Assembly (NCBI GenBank): GCA_963798375.1
Contig: CAWCTG010000022.1
Span: 272,926-336,925 of the forward strand
Length of the DNA: 64,000 nucleotides
From: Candidatus Binataceae bacterium
Lineage (GTDB): Bacteria > Desulfobacterota > Binatia > Binatales > Binataceae
Direction of reading: 5' to 3'
Shown here: positions 20,284 to 30,032 of the stretch, piece after piece
Numbering within the stretch: the stretch's first letter is position 1
Layout: every line of letters starts with the position of its first letter
Program-made: the position numbers and the translations under genes
Notes under the pieces: generated by a model
Seen by the model: only the letters and a program-made list of their open reading frames with translations
What the model was told of the DNA's origin: nothing
The model's database searches: none

Positions 20284-21255
20284 TTAAAAAACATGTTGCA
20301 GTAATTGACGTGGATCGGGCTCGGGAGAATTCTTTGCAAAGCCGACGGCGTCCTCGATCAGGTCACCACATTCCGTCTCCACCGCATCCACTTCTTCGGG
20401 CGATTCCCCCTGGGCCAGCAGCACCTCGCGCAGGAGCCGAATTGGATCTCGTTCGATCCACTGCTTGAGGTCGTCTTTCCGTTTGATTCCCACGTCCATG
20501 TCCCACGAAGGGCCTACATGCCCGCGCCAACGAAAAGTGCGGCATTCAATAAGAGTTGGACCCATGCCATTGCGGGCTCTATCGACGGCGCGTGTCGCTG
20601 CGTCCCGCACTGCGAGAACATCGTTGCCGTCAACTCGGACGGACTCCACACCATGCAATTGCCCTGCACTATCAATGTTATCACACACGCGCCGTTCCGA
20701 CAGATGCAGGTGACTCGAATAGAAGTTGTTCTCGCAGACGAACAACACCGGCAGCCGGTACAGTCCCGCGATATTTAAGGTCTCGTGAAAGTGACCTTCC
20801 TCGGTTGCGCCATCGCCAAAAAAAGACACCGAGACCCGCCGGTCGTTGCGAAGTTTCGACGCCAGCGCCGCACCCGCCGCCAGTGGGATCGTAGCGGCGA
20901 CCAAAGGCACGGTTCCAAGTATCCCGACCTCTGGAGCACAGATGTGCATCGAGCCTCCGCGTCCCTCTGAGCATCCAGTCGCCCGGCAAAAGATTTCTGC
21001 CATCAAGGCCCGGATATCGCCGCCCTTGGCGATGTAATGTCCGTGCGACCGGTGGCCTCCCCATACGTAATCCTCGCGATCGAGTGCGGAACAGACGCCG
21101 GTCGCGACGGCTTCCTGACCTATATAGAGGTGGCAGGGAGTCTTTATTTCGCCCGCAGTCACCCGGTCGGCGACGGCCTCCTCAAAACGGCGGATGAGAA
21201 CCATAGTGCGGTACATCCGCCGCAGCAACGAGATCGGCAGATCGCTGTGTGGCAT
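20284..21255 (-). CDS. TPP-dependent 2-oxoacid dehydrogenase E1 alpha-like subunit
   Basis: CHLYIGQEA, HRSHGH, GRGGSMH, TPP motif GDGA...ENN, and FRWRGH. Confidence 0.93.
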   Translation of the reverse strand: MPHSDLPISLLRRMYRTMVLIRRFEEAVADRVTAGEIKTPCHLYIGQEAVATGVCSALDREDYVWGGHRSHGHYIAKGGDIRALMAEIFCRATGCSEGRGGSMHICAPEVGILGTVPLVAATIPLAAGAALASKLRNDRRVSVSFFGDGATEEGHFHETLNIAGLYRLPVLFVCENNFYSSHLHLSERRVCDNIDSAGQLHGVESVRVDGNDVLAVRDAATRAVDRARNGMGPTLIECRTFRWRGHVGPSWDMDVGIKRKDDLKQWIERDPIRLLREVLLAQGESPEEVDAVETECGDLIEDAVGFAKNSPEPDPRQLLQHVF

Positions 21256-21265
21256 CCTGACTCCC

Positions 21266-21898
21266 TTAATGCGCCGCGTCGAAGGATTGCGGCCGCCTTT
21301 TCGTGAGAATTGTCAGCACCGTTTGGGCGATTATTCCAAGATCGACCAGGAAGGATCGATTACGGACATACGCGAGTTGCAGCCGGATTTTCTCGGGCCG
21401 GATTCTCTCCATATAGGCCCGCTCGGGATCCGCGCTTCCCGCCAGAATGACACCTTCGTCGGAGTTCCACAGTGACGCCCAGTCGGTGATTCCCGGCCGC
21501 ACACTGAGGATCGCTTTTTCCTCGTCGCTGAACAGGTTGACGTAGAAAGGCACCTCGGGACGAGGCCCTACGATACTCATTTCTCCGCGTAGTACATTAA
21601 TCAGCTGAGGAAATTCGTCGAGCTTGTATTTCCTGAGCAAACGCCCGCACCGGGTAATCCTGGGATCGCTATCCGCAGTGGAGGGACCGCCTAGAAGCTC
21701 GGCATTCACCACCATGGTGCGGAACTTTAGCATCTGAAATGGGCGGCCGAAGCGGCCCACTCGCGTGCCGCTGTAGTGAATCGGCCCACCGTCTTCGAGC
21801 TTGATCCACACGGCGAGCAAAACAAGTATCGGGGCGAGAATAACGAGACCGATTGCGGAACAAGCAAGGTCGAACAGCCGCTTGATCATAGCGGCCAA
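21266..21898 (-). CDS. Small initiating phosphoglycosyl transferase (PglC/Bac_transf family)
   Basis: KRLFDL plus single TM, KFRTM, LDEFPQLINVLRGEMSIVGPRPE and RPGITDWA. Confidence 0.93.
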   Translation of the reverse strand: MAAMIKRLFDLACSAIGLVILAPILVLLAVWIKLEDGGPIHYSGTRVGRFGRPFQMLKFRTMVVNAELLGGPSTADSDPRITRCGRLLRKYKLDEFPQLINVLRGEMSIVGPRPEVPFYVNLFSDEEKAILSVRPGITDWASLWNSDEGVILAGSADPERAYMERIRPEKIRLQLAYVRNRSFLVDLGIIAQTVLTILTKRRPQSFDAAH

Positions 21899-21958
21899 GC
21901 GCCAGCATCGCTTAGACTCTCCGGACTTCTCTCCAAATCTCGCAAACGGGCTATCCCT

Positions 21959-22762
21959 TCACACAGCGGGACGCTTAGGCTTGGCAAGGAGAAACACCGC
22001 CATCCACGCCTGCCACTTGAGCACGGGCAAACGTAGTAGCAGATTGTCGACATTCTCCAAAATCCGGTCAACCGGCTTGAAAACCGGAGTATTTCTCAAT
22101 GGCACCGAGGCTAGCCTCAACAGATTGAAGCACTTTAACACGCGCACCTCGTCAAAGTAGCCGCTCGCCGAATAGATCTCGGTCTTCCCTAATATGTGCT
22201 CGACCTCCCACGCCGTCCTGAGATGCGGTGTCAGCTTCCGGTATAAGTGAAATACTGGATTGTGCTTTAGCGCTTCTCGGCAAATTACCCCGCCATCGGC
22301 CTTCAGAATTCGGGCAAGCTCTCGGTACGAGGTCGCCAGATCAAGGTGATGGAGGACGCCGTCAATATGCACATAATCGAAGTAGTTGTCCGGAAACTCA
22401 GTGGCTTCCGCGTTCATGACCTCGAAGGTAGCGCAGTTCGCAAGACCTTCCTGCGCGGCTGCTTTACGGGCGTTGTCAACGGAGACGGGCGATATGTCGA
22501 TGCCGTAAGCATCGGCCCCTGCCTGCGCTAAGAACCTGGTGAACTCGCCATTGCCGCAACAGTAGTCCAGGACCTTCTTGCCTCTACAACGCTCTCCTAT
22601 CCAGCCTTTAACAAATTGCTGACTGCTCTTGCCGACGGAATAGTAGTATTTGTCATTGGCTTGATACTGCTCGCCTCCGGACCGCTCACCACGCAACTCG
22701 TCGTGAAATCGAGCCTCGGCGACGTTGCGGTCAATGCTGCTTGAGGTACTCTTTTCGATCAT
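21959..22762 (-). CDS. Class I SAM-dependent methyltransferase
   Basis: VLDYCCGNG, GIDIS and FPDNYFD...GVLHHL. Confidence 0.9.
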   Translation of the reverse strand: MIEKSTSSSIDRNVAEARFHDELRGERSGGEQYQANDKYYYSVGKSSQQFVKGWIGERCRGKKVLDYCCGNGEFTRFLAQAGADAYGIDISPVSVDNARKAAAQEGLANCATFEVMNAEATEFPDNYFDYVHIDGVLHHLDLATSYRELARILKADGGVICREALKHNPVFHLYRKLTPHLRTAWEVEHILGKTEIYSASGYFDEVRVLKCFNLLRLASVPLRNTPVFKPVDRILENVDNLLLRLPVLKWQAWMAVFLLAKPKRPAV

Positions 22763-22851
22763 GGGTTGACTCCAAGCTAACTCACTCTAAGGTTATTTGT
22801 GCGGACCGCGCCTGTTGCGAGCCCTGAGCTTCTGGCAGGGGACTTCCAGCC

Positions 22852-24732
22852 CTAGTTCAGTGCCAGGCTGGCTTCGAAGCGGCGCATCCACAGCTCCAGA
22901 ACTATAGGATTAAAGATGTCCTTGAAGCTGATCAGACCTCGATCCTGTGGCTGCGAGCAATACATCGCATAGCGCCGGCCCAGCGCGGCCTGATCGATAA
23001 GACCCTGACGCGCGATCAGCATATCGCCGCTAAGCAGCTCGCGCACTTGACCGCGCAGTTCATGCTTGAGCCACTCGCTCTGAGGGTTGATGAAACCCTG
23101 CTTGTCCTTGCGCCACACTATCGAAGCAGGAAGGTAAGGCTCCATCGCCTTGCGGAAGATCCATTTGGTCCAGCCCTCTCGCAGCTTGAGTTCGGGCGCC
23201 AGCGGCACGAGCATGCCGGCCAGGCGATAATCCAGGAACGGCAGCCGGATCTCACGCGCGAACGCCATCGAACTGCGATCCTCGTAGTGCACCAGCCCCG
23301 GAACCGAAAGGCGGTACAGGTCTTCGCGCTGGCGCTCGGGCAGATGCGCTCCGCCCAAGCCCACGTCCAGACGAAAATCCTGTTCCTTGAGCAGCGGGCC
23401 GCGGATGTCGATCTCCCGCGCCCGCATCAGCGCGGGCAGGTAGCGCTTGGCCTCGCTCAATTCGAACTGCGAAAGCACCGTACGGCGCTTCCAGAACCCG
23501 AACAGCACCCGCGCGGCTGAGGGCAGCCGCCCGCTCCCGAGCAGATCGCGAATGTAAAAGCCCACGAACTTGGCGTAACCGCACAGCAGCTCATCAGCGC
23601 CCTGACCGCTCAGAATCACCGTGATGCCGAGTTCCCGTGCCTGCTGCATCAGCAGGTAGTGCGCCACAGTCGAGAAGCTGCCGATCGGCTCGTCGTTGAA
23701 AAAGATAACCTCGTTCAGAAGCCTGAACCATTCGGCTGGCTCGCGTCTGAGCTCCACGTAATGAACCGGGCACTTGAGATGGCCAGCCATCCGTTCCACG
23801 AAGGGTTTCTCGTCGAATTGGGGACGGTCAGAGGTTGCCGATATCGCGTGCAGGTTCGCACCCTGCCCCAGAGCATGACGCATCGCGGCCGCGATAGAGG
23901 AGGAATCGACCCCGCCGGACAACAGCACACCAACCGGGACGTCGCTTCGCAGCCGAATCCGCACCGCATCAAAGAAGGTTTCGCCCAGCGTTTCCGCATC
24001 GCGCCGCAGGTCGCCGTTCAGGCTGCTCTGCTCGGGCATAGTCCAATAGCTACGCGTCCTCGGCGACAAGCTCTCTCCGCGCAAGTCGAAGCTTAGGTTG
24101 TGACCGGCGGGCAATGCCTCGATCCCATCGAAAAAGGTCTCCTTCTGCGCGTCCAGCAGGCTTTGTTGAATGAAGCGCCCCGCAACCCGGGAATTAACTG
24201 CAAATCGCGCGTCCGAGGCGGCCAGGATCGCCTTGATTTCGGAAGCGAAATAAAATCCGTTGGCGCCCTGATAGGTATACAGCGGCTTGATCCCGAAACG
24301 GTCGCGCGACAGCGTGAGCCGGCCCGCGCTCCGGTCGAGCCATGCCAACGCCCACATCCCGTTGAATTTCGCGAATGCGGCTTCCCCCCACACCGCGAGC
24401 GCCCACAAAATCACCTCGGTGTCGGACTGGCTGCGCAATTCTACCCCGTGTGCCTTCAGCTCTTCGGCAAGTTCTCGATAATTGTAAACCTCGCCGTTGT
24501 AGATGATTCCGTGGCTCCCATCGGGCAGGAACATTGGTTGGCCGCCGGCGTCGCTCAGATCGATAATAGCCAGCCGGGTGTGCCCCATCACCAGTTGATG
24601 CTGTCCCACCCGGCCGGTCCAGACGCCTTCGCCATCGGGGCCGCGATGGCGAAGCGCACCAACCATCCGCGCGAGCGCCGCAGCCGAGGCCTCAGAGGGT
24701 CTGGTGCAGAGGATTCCTGCTATTCCGCACAT
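22852..24732 (-). CDS. asnB: Asparagine synthase (glutamine-hydrolysing)-like amidotransferase, WbpS-type context
   Basis: N-terminal MCGIAG (Ntn Cys), HRGPD, HTRLAIID, RDRFGIKPLY, LSGGVDSS, SGQGADE and KQGF. Confidence 0.93.
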   Translation of the reverse strand: MCGIAGILCTRPSEASAAALARMVGALRHRGPDGEGVWTGRVGQHQLVMGHTRLAIIDLSDAGGQPMFLPDGSHGIIYNGEVYNYRELAEELKAHGVELRSQSDTEVILWALAVWGEAAFAKFNGMWALAWLDRSAGRLTLSRDRFGIKPLYTYQGANGFYFASEIKAILAASDARFAVNSRVAGRFIQQSLLDAQKETFFDGIEALPAGHNLSFDLRGESLSPRTRSYWTMPEQSSLNGDLRRDAETLGETFFDAVRIRLRSDVPVGVLLSGGVDSSSIAAAMRHALGQGANLHAISATSDRPQFDEKPFVERMAGHLKCPVHYVELRREPAEWFRLLNEVIFFNDEPIGSFSTVAHYLLMQQARELGITVILSGQGADELLCGYAKFVGFYIRDLLGSGRLPSAARVLFGFWKRRTVLSQFELSEAKRYLPALMRAREIDIRGPLLKEQDFRLDVGLGGAHLPERQREDLYRLSVPGLVHYEDRSSMAFAREIRLPFLDYRLAGMLVPLAPELKLREGWTKWIFRKAMEPYLPASIVWRKDKQGFINPQSEWLKHELRGQVRELLSGDMLIARQGLIDQAALGRRYAMYCSQPQDRGLISFKDIFNPIVLELWMRRFEASLALN

Positions 24733-24797
24733 GGATTAACTTGTGGCTATTGACGCAAGCGGTCTCGCGCACGAATTCGGGATCGTTTGGCGTCTGA

Positions 24798-26474
24798 CTA
24801 ATGCCAAGTGAAGGTGTCGTTAGTCGGCTGGAGGCCGATCGATATCGAGAGCATCGTGCGGAAAGACGCCACGTTACCGAAATTCAGATGGTCAACATAC
24901 TCGAAGGAGACTCGCGCGTGGGCCGAGCCCACGGCCGGAATGGATACTCTGCCGACGAACGGAATCGGCACCGTGGCCAGGCCTGGAATCGCCTTGCCGA
25001 TCTCGACCGGGATTTGGAGTGCATCGAAGGCGACACCCCCGCTGCGCTCCTTGACCAGCGCCGGGCCGTAGACCGAAGCCGGATAGGGAGAGTTGGAGCC
25101 GAAAGTCGGCGCGCGATCGGTCAAGAACAGATCGCCGGTCAGCTTCAGGTCGTTGCGGAGCCATCGCCCGAGCGCCAAGTCGATCTCACTCGCATTGGGG
25201 CCCAGGGGATCGCCCATCTGATAGGAATTGTAGGTCCAATAGAGCGAGTCGCCGTGAGTCGAGTAGTTGGGTTCGAGGATTGTGTACTCGAAGCGCAGGT
25301 CGGTGCGGCCGTCGCGCGTGAGGTACGGGAGATAGAATCCACCCTGGTAAGAAACCGCCTTGAATGGAAGGAAGCGGCCGATGCCGGAAACCTCGCTGGT
25401 AAGATTGTCCTCGCCCAGCATCTCCTGGTACACGAGCAAGCCGCGTAATTTGGGAAAGCGGATCCTCAGCCAGATACCGCCGCGCGAGTTGGTTTGTCCC
25501 GAACTGGGACTGCCAGTATCGAAGCCGGTCGCGCGGCCGAAAAAGCCCAGCACGTTGTAGGAATCGTTGTACCGGCCGCCAAACATGATGACGTGGTCGA
25601 CGCCGAACTCGAAGTTCGGCATCGGTTTGAAGGCAAAGACCTGGCCGCTGAGCCATGGATGCGCCCAGTAGCGCTCGCCGTCGAGCTGGCCGAAGAAGAT
25701 GTTGTACCGGAACTGGCCGAGGTACTTCAGAAACCAGGGCAGCAGCGAAGGGTGGACGTTCTGCAGCCTGAGCGCCGGGAACGGGGCAGCATTATCGCTC
25801 TGTGAAAGCGCGGCGAAGTGGCCGGTGCCCCACCACATCTCCTGCTGCCCAAACGAAATCGCCTTGTTGCCGAGACTCAGCACGACCTCGGTGCCGAGCG
25901 GGCGCAGCCGATCCATGTTGGAGAGATCGCGCGTCACCGGGCCGGCGCCCGCGCCTTCGCCATAGCCGGTCAGAAAACTGCCGAAGCCTGCCCATCCTGA
26001 CCATCGGACGACCTCGTTGGTGCCGGCCCCGGTCGGTAGGCCGTCGTTGTTCGGCAGCAGCGGTGTGTCTTCGACGGCATGAAGGCCGCCCGTGCCGTCG
26101 GTATTCCAGTAACGCGACCCGCCGCTGGAGAAGATGGCCTGGCCTTCGATGCGCGACACCGGCTGAAGCATCGTGGGCAGGTCGTCCTCACGGTTGTCGC
26201 GCAGCCAGCCGATTTCCTCTCCGAGCTGCGCCTTTAGTGACGAGATGATCTCGCGCGCCAGCGGATCTTTGCGCTCGGAGTCATCCACATTGCGCTCGGC
26301 CTCGCGGGTTAGACGGGCCGCCTCGACGCGGCTCACCGGCCGTACTTCGCTCAGGTAATCGTCGAGGTAACCAAGGCCGTCAAGGGTATCGAGCTGATCG
26401 TAGATGGGGCTGTCGAGCGGGATTTCCACGACGTAGGTGGACGCCCGCACGTCCGCCGCGATCGCGAGTATCAA
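24798..26474 (-). CDS. wzi: Capsule assembly Wzi-family outer-membrane protein
   Basis: FGQQEMWWGTG...SDNAAPFP and KPMPNFEFG motifs. The frame is open further upstream to a CTG overlapping the SLT stop. Confidence 0.8.
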   Translation of the reverse strand: MILAIAADVRASTYVVEIPLDSPIYDQLDTLDGLGYLDDYLSEVRPVSRVEAARLTREAERNVDDSERKDPLAREIISSLKAQLGEEIGWLRDNREDDLPTMLQPVSRIEGQAIFSSGGSRYWNTDGTGGLHAVEDTPLLPNNDGLPTGAGTNEVVRWSGWAGFGSFLTGYGEGAGAGPVTRDLSNMDRLRPLGTEVVLSLGNKAISFGQQEMWWGTGHFAALSQSDNAAPFPALRLQNVHPSLLPWFLKYLGQFRYNIFFGQLDGERYWAHPWLSGQVFAFKPMPNFEFGVDHVIMFGGRYNDSYNVLGFFGRATGFDTGSPSSGQTNSRGGIWLRIRFPKLRGLLVYQEMLGEDNLTSEVSGIGRFLPFKAVSYQGGFYLPYLTRDGRTDLRFEYTILEPNYSTHGDSLYWTYNSYQMGDPLGPNASEIDLALGRWLRNDLKLTGDLFLTDRAPTFGSNSPYPASVYGPALVKERSGGVAFDALQIPVEIGKAIPGLATVPIPFVGRVSIPAVGSAHARVSFEYVDHLNFGNVASFRTMLSISIGLQPTNDTFTWH

Positions 26475-26515
26475 GCTCGCGAGCAGTGTGGCATGGACGA
26501 ATTTGATGCGAACAG

Positions 26516-27199
26516 TCAGCGTGGGACGAATGATGTTGCGGGTTGCGCCGATTGAGCCATGGCACGCTCGTGACGGAGTTCGGCCAAGCGGGCGCGTGTA
26601 TCAGCATCGGCATCGCGCTTTACGAGCATATGCGGCGCGACCTTCGTACGCGTGATCCTTGATACTGATGATACTTTCGTCCCGTCCCGCGGAGGTGGCA
26701 TGCCCGCCAGATACAGCCACAAGACCTGGCGGACGTATTCGCGAGTCTCGTCATAGGGTGGCACACCGCCATAGCGCTCGACGGCGCTTTCGCCGGCGTT
26801 GTACGCCGCCAGAAGATCGGCGAGGTTGCCGCCCGGCAGAGCTGCAGCCTGACGCAGACGGATGAAATCGATGAAGCGGGCCGCGCCGAGCGCGCTGTCG
26901 ATCGAATCGTAAGGATCGTCAACACGAAATTTCTGCGCGGTTGCGGGCATCAACTGCATAAGCCCAATAGCGCCGCGCGGCGAAACCGCGTCGGCGCGTC
27001 CGGCCGATTCCGCAACGGCAATGGCCGCGAGCAAGTCGGGATCGATCCGAAACATCGCGCCCACGGCGCCCATCAGCGCTCGATCGTCGATTGGGCCTTC
27101 GCTTCCAGCGGCAGTGGTTTGGGACGCGCCCGAGTGGGCCGTACCGGCCATCGCCATCAGGCCGAACGCCGCAACCAAAATAATCGGGGTGCGACTCAT
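26516..27199 (-). CDS. Lytic transglycosylase (SLT domain)
   Basis: AIAVAES catalytic Glu, SPRGAIGLMQLMPATA, AAYNAG and VPPYDETREYV. Confidence 0.93.
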   Translation of the reverse strand: MSRTPIILVAAFGLMAMAGTAHSGASQTTAAGSEGPIDDRALMGAVGAMFRIDPDLLAAIAVAESAGRADAVSPRGAIGLMQLMPATAQKFRVDDPYDSIDSALGAARFIDFIRLRQAAALPGGNLADLLAAYNAGESAVERYGGVPPYDETREYVRQVLWLYLAGMPPPRDGTKVSSVSRITRTKVAPHMLVKRDADADTRARLAELRHERAMAQSAQPATSFVPR

Positions 27200-27206
27200 G
27201 CTCGCC

Positions 27207-30032
27207 TTAAAGATTGGTCGCGAGAATTCCAATCACCGCAAGCGAGGTCGCGGCGTTGACGATGATCTGCGTGATATCCTTGGCTTCCTGCACCTGGTCA
27301 ACGTACCGCAGGGTCTCCGGCACATAGATCGTGTCGCCGCGTTCGACCTCGACACCCATCAGGCCGCCCGAGATTGCCGGCAGCAACGGAAACAACGCCG
27401 CTTTCCCGCTATGGCGTACACTCTGGTCAGTGACGATGTCGCCACCGGCGCGGATCAGCATGATGTGGTCGGCGTCGGCCCACTGCGTCGGTCCGCCCGA
27501 ACGCTGCAGGTAGTCGCTCACCGAGCGGCCCCGTTCATAGACGATCGCACTCGGATTGAAGACCTGGCCCAGGATCGCAACGGTCGAGGGACGCTTGGGA
27601 ACTATGACTTTGTCCCCCTGCTGGAGAACGATGTCGTCCGGCGAGAAGGGCAGTCGGTCGAGCGACTGCAAGTGCAGCACCACGCGTCCGCTTGCTTGCT
27701 GCGACTGGGTCTCTGAGAGCACCCGCTGCACTACCTCAAGGGTCTGCGAATCATTGTTGTTAGCCCCGGACTGCTTCGGCATAATCGAGAGCCGCGCGGC
27801 GTCTGCCTGGAGCCGGCGGCGGCTATCGTTGAGTTCCTTCTGCTCCAGGTCCTGAATCGATTGGCGGACGAATACCGTGGCCTGTAGATAGCCGTCAGCT
27901 CTCAGTCCGCCGCAACGTTCCAGCAAAGAGTCCAGCCGCTCACCTTCGCGAATCACGTAGGGACCGGGCCGCATTACTTCTCCCTCGACCAGCGCGATCC
28001 ACGGTTGGTGCCAGTCGGACGCTTCGGCGACGAAAAGCTGATCGCCGGTCTCCAGCGCCGGATCCTCGCCCGCTATACCGTCGAGCGCGCTACCGAGCGC
28101 TATGTCTTGGTACACAAACCGCGTAGTGCCATCGATCACTTTGGTGCGCGCGAGCTCGGCCTTGTTCAGGTAGGTGCTCTCCTTGACACCGCCGGCCTCA
28201 TAAACGAGGTCACTTACGCGCATCCCCGAGCTCAGGATGTAACTGCCCGGCTTGCGGACGGCGCCGTTGATGCTCACGTGGGGGAGATCGGCAATGTCGG
28301 TCTCTGCGTAAACCGTCAGCTCGTCGCGCGGCTCAAGCACGAGGTTGACCTGTCGCGAAGCGGGGTCGCGCAGCGCAGCGCCGAGGTCGACCGGCAGATA
28401 TTGAACGCGGCGGTCGGGACCTTCGATCCGACGGATGAGCGCATACCCAAAATAGGTACGATCGGCAACGCCCTCGCCTTCGCTGATCAAATCCGACACC
28501 CGCATAGCAGACCGCCACTCATAGGTCCCTGGCCGTCGTGCGTTGCCCTTGAGTGTCACCACGTTGTTGCGATCTGGTAGCACGGTATAGACCTTGACCA
28601 GATCGCCGTCGCGCACCGCGAAACTGCTGAACTGCCGGCTCAACAATCCCACGTCGAGGTCCACCCGATGGTCGTGGTTGTCGATGCGCTCAACCTGGAG
28701 GCGTTGCGAATAGCCAAACGCGCCGACTCCGCCTGACATACGGAGCACCGCTGCCAAATCTTCCTGGCCACGCAGTTCGTAAATGGCGGGATCTTTCACA
28801 TCCCCGGTCACCGCTACCACATTGCCAATTACCGGCACGAAGATTACGTCGCCCTGCTCGAGGCGCACGTCGGCGGACGTATTGCCATGCAGGAGCATGT
28901 CGTAGAGATCGATCTCGCGGATCAGCTGATTCCCGCGTCGTAGCTCGATCCTTCGCAGCGTGCCGATCTTGCTGATGCCGCCCGACGCGACCAACGCGTT
29001 AGAGACGTGCGACAGCGCGCTGATCGTAAAGAGCCCCGGATGCTCGACCTTGCCAATCACGAACACCTGAATGGTGCGGATCGAACCCATCGTCACGTCC
29101 ACTTGCACGCCTGTGATCTGTTCGGCGCGGCTCTCGATAAGCTTTTTCGCTTGCTCGAAAGTCAGGCCGGACACTTCCACCGGTCCGATCTCCGGAATCA
29201 GCACGCTGCCGTCCCGCTCGACCTTGAGATGCGAGGTGCGGTTAACGCGGCCCCACATCAGCAAATTGAGCCCATCGCCAGGACCCAGTATGTAGTCCGC
29301 ACCAACCGGCACGTCACCGACCGGCGCGAAAGTTGAGACCGGACCGCTGAACAGGGAGTAGCCGAATTGGCGCAGATCTGCGGGGGTCGGACTGCGCACC
29401 GGTTGCGATGGGGAGGCGAGCGAACGAAATGAGAGTTCGATCGATGACGGACCCTCGCCGTTCGCCTTCGCCGCAGTGCCGGCCGGACCTCCCGGAGTCT
29501 GATTCAGGCTTGAAGTCGCGGACGGACTCGCCGCCGACGACGGCGCCGCGCTGGCAGCGGCTACACAGTCTTTAAGTTGCCCAATTTGCTCGCCCGATAG
29601 TCCCATTGACACGGCCGTCGCCTCTATCTGGTCGGCGGTCAAGTGTTTGGCCGCCACTCCCGCGCACAGACGCTGCATCGCCTCCGGGGAAGGGGGACCA
29701 CTTCCAATCATCGAGCGTGCCTGGTTCATCTGCTCCGGGGAAAGAGATATGGGTGCGCCCGGAGCGGCGGCGCTGTCGAGTACTCCCGAACTGGCCGCGG
29801 TGTCAGCCGGAGCAATTACCGATTCGTCGCTCGTCGAGGGTGACTCCGAGTCCGTCGCTGATGCCGCAACGGTTTGAGCCTCCACAGATGCGCTTGTGAA
29901 CCAGACAACCACTGCAATCACAGCTAACGCGCCGAACAGGCTCGCAGTCCACTTAGTGACTTGGATCCAATGAATGCCCATCTTCATGATCGTCTTCTTC
30001 CGTTGATTTGCGCCGAATGCTGCAACACCCAC
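27207..30032 (-). CDS. Polysaccharide export protein with multiple SLBB domains (Wza/KpsD/OtnA-like)
   Basis: FGYSLF, DYILGPGD, repeated V.G.V..PG.Y SLBB starts and GDTIYVPE. Confidence 0.92.
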   Translation of the reverse strand: MGVAAFGANQRKKTIMKMGIHWIQVTKWTASLFGALAVIAVVVWFTSASVEAQTVAASATDSESPSTSDESVIAPADTAASSGVLDSAAAPGAPISLSPEQMNQARSMIGSGPPSPEAMQRLCAGVAAKHLTADQIEATAVSMGLSGEQIGQLKDCVAAASAAPSSAASPSATSSLNQTPGGPAGTAAKANGEGPSSIELSFRSLASPSQPVRSPTPADLRQFGYSLFSGPVSTFAPVGDVPVGADYILGPGDGLNLLMWGRVNRTSHLKVERDGSVLIPEIGPVEVSGLTFEQAKKLIESRAEQITGVQVDVTMGSIRTIQVFVIGKVEHPGLFTISALSHVSNALVASGGISKIGTLRRIELRRGNQLIREIDLYDMLLHGNTSADVRLEQGDVIFVPVIGNVVAVTGDVKDPAIYELRGQEDLAAVLRMSGGVGAFGYSQRLQVERIDNHDHRVDLDVGLLSRQFSSFAVRDGDLVKVYTVLPDRNNVVTLKGNARRPGTYEWRSAMRVSDLISEGEGVADRTYFGYALIRRIEGPDRRVQYLPVDLGAALRDPASRQVNLVLEPRDELTVYAETDIADLPHVSINGAVRKPGSYILSSGMRVSDLVYEAGGVKESTYLNKAELARTKVIDGTTRFVYQDIALGSALDGIAGEDPALETGDQLFVAEASDWHQPWIALVEGEVMRPGPYVIREGERLDSLLERCGGLRADGYLQATVFVRQSIQDLEQKELNDSRRRLQADAARLSIMPKQSGANNNDSQTLEVVQRVLSETQSQQASGRVVLHLQSLDRLPFSPDDIVLQQGDKVIVPKRPSTVAILGQVFNPSAIVYERGRSVSDYLQRSGGPTQWADADHIMLIRAGGDIVTDQSVRHSGKAALFPLLPAISGGLMGVEVERGDTIYVPETLRYVDQVQEAKDITQIIVNAATSLAVIGILATNL

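Noticed and set aside
19279-21255. Housekeeping pyruvate dehydrogenase operon
   Set aside because: There are no E2/E3 genes, and the pair is embedded in a glycan biosynthesis run.
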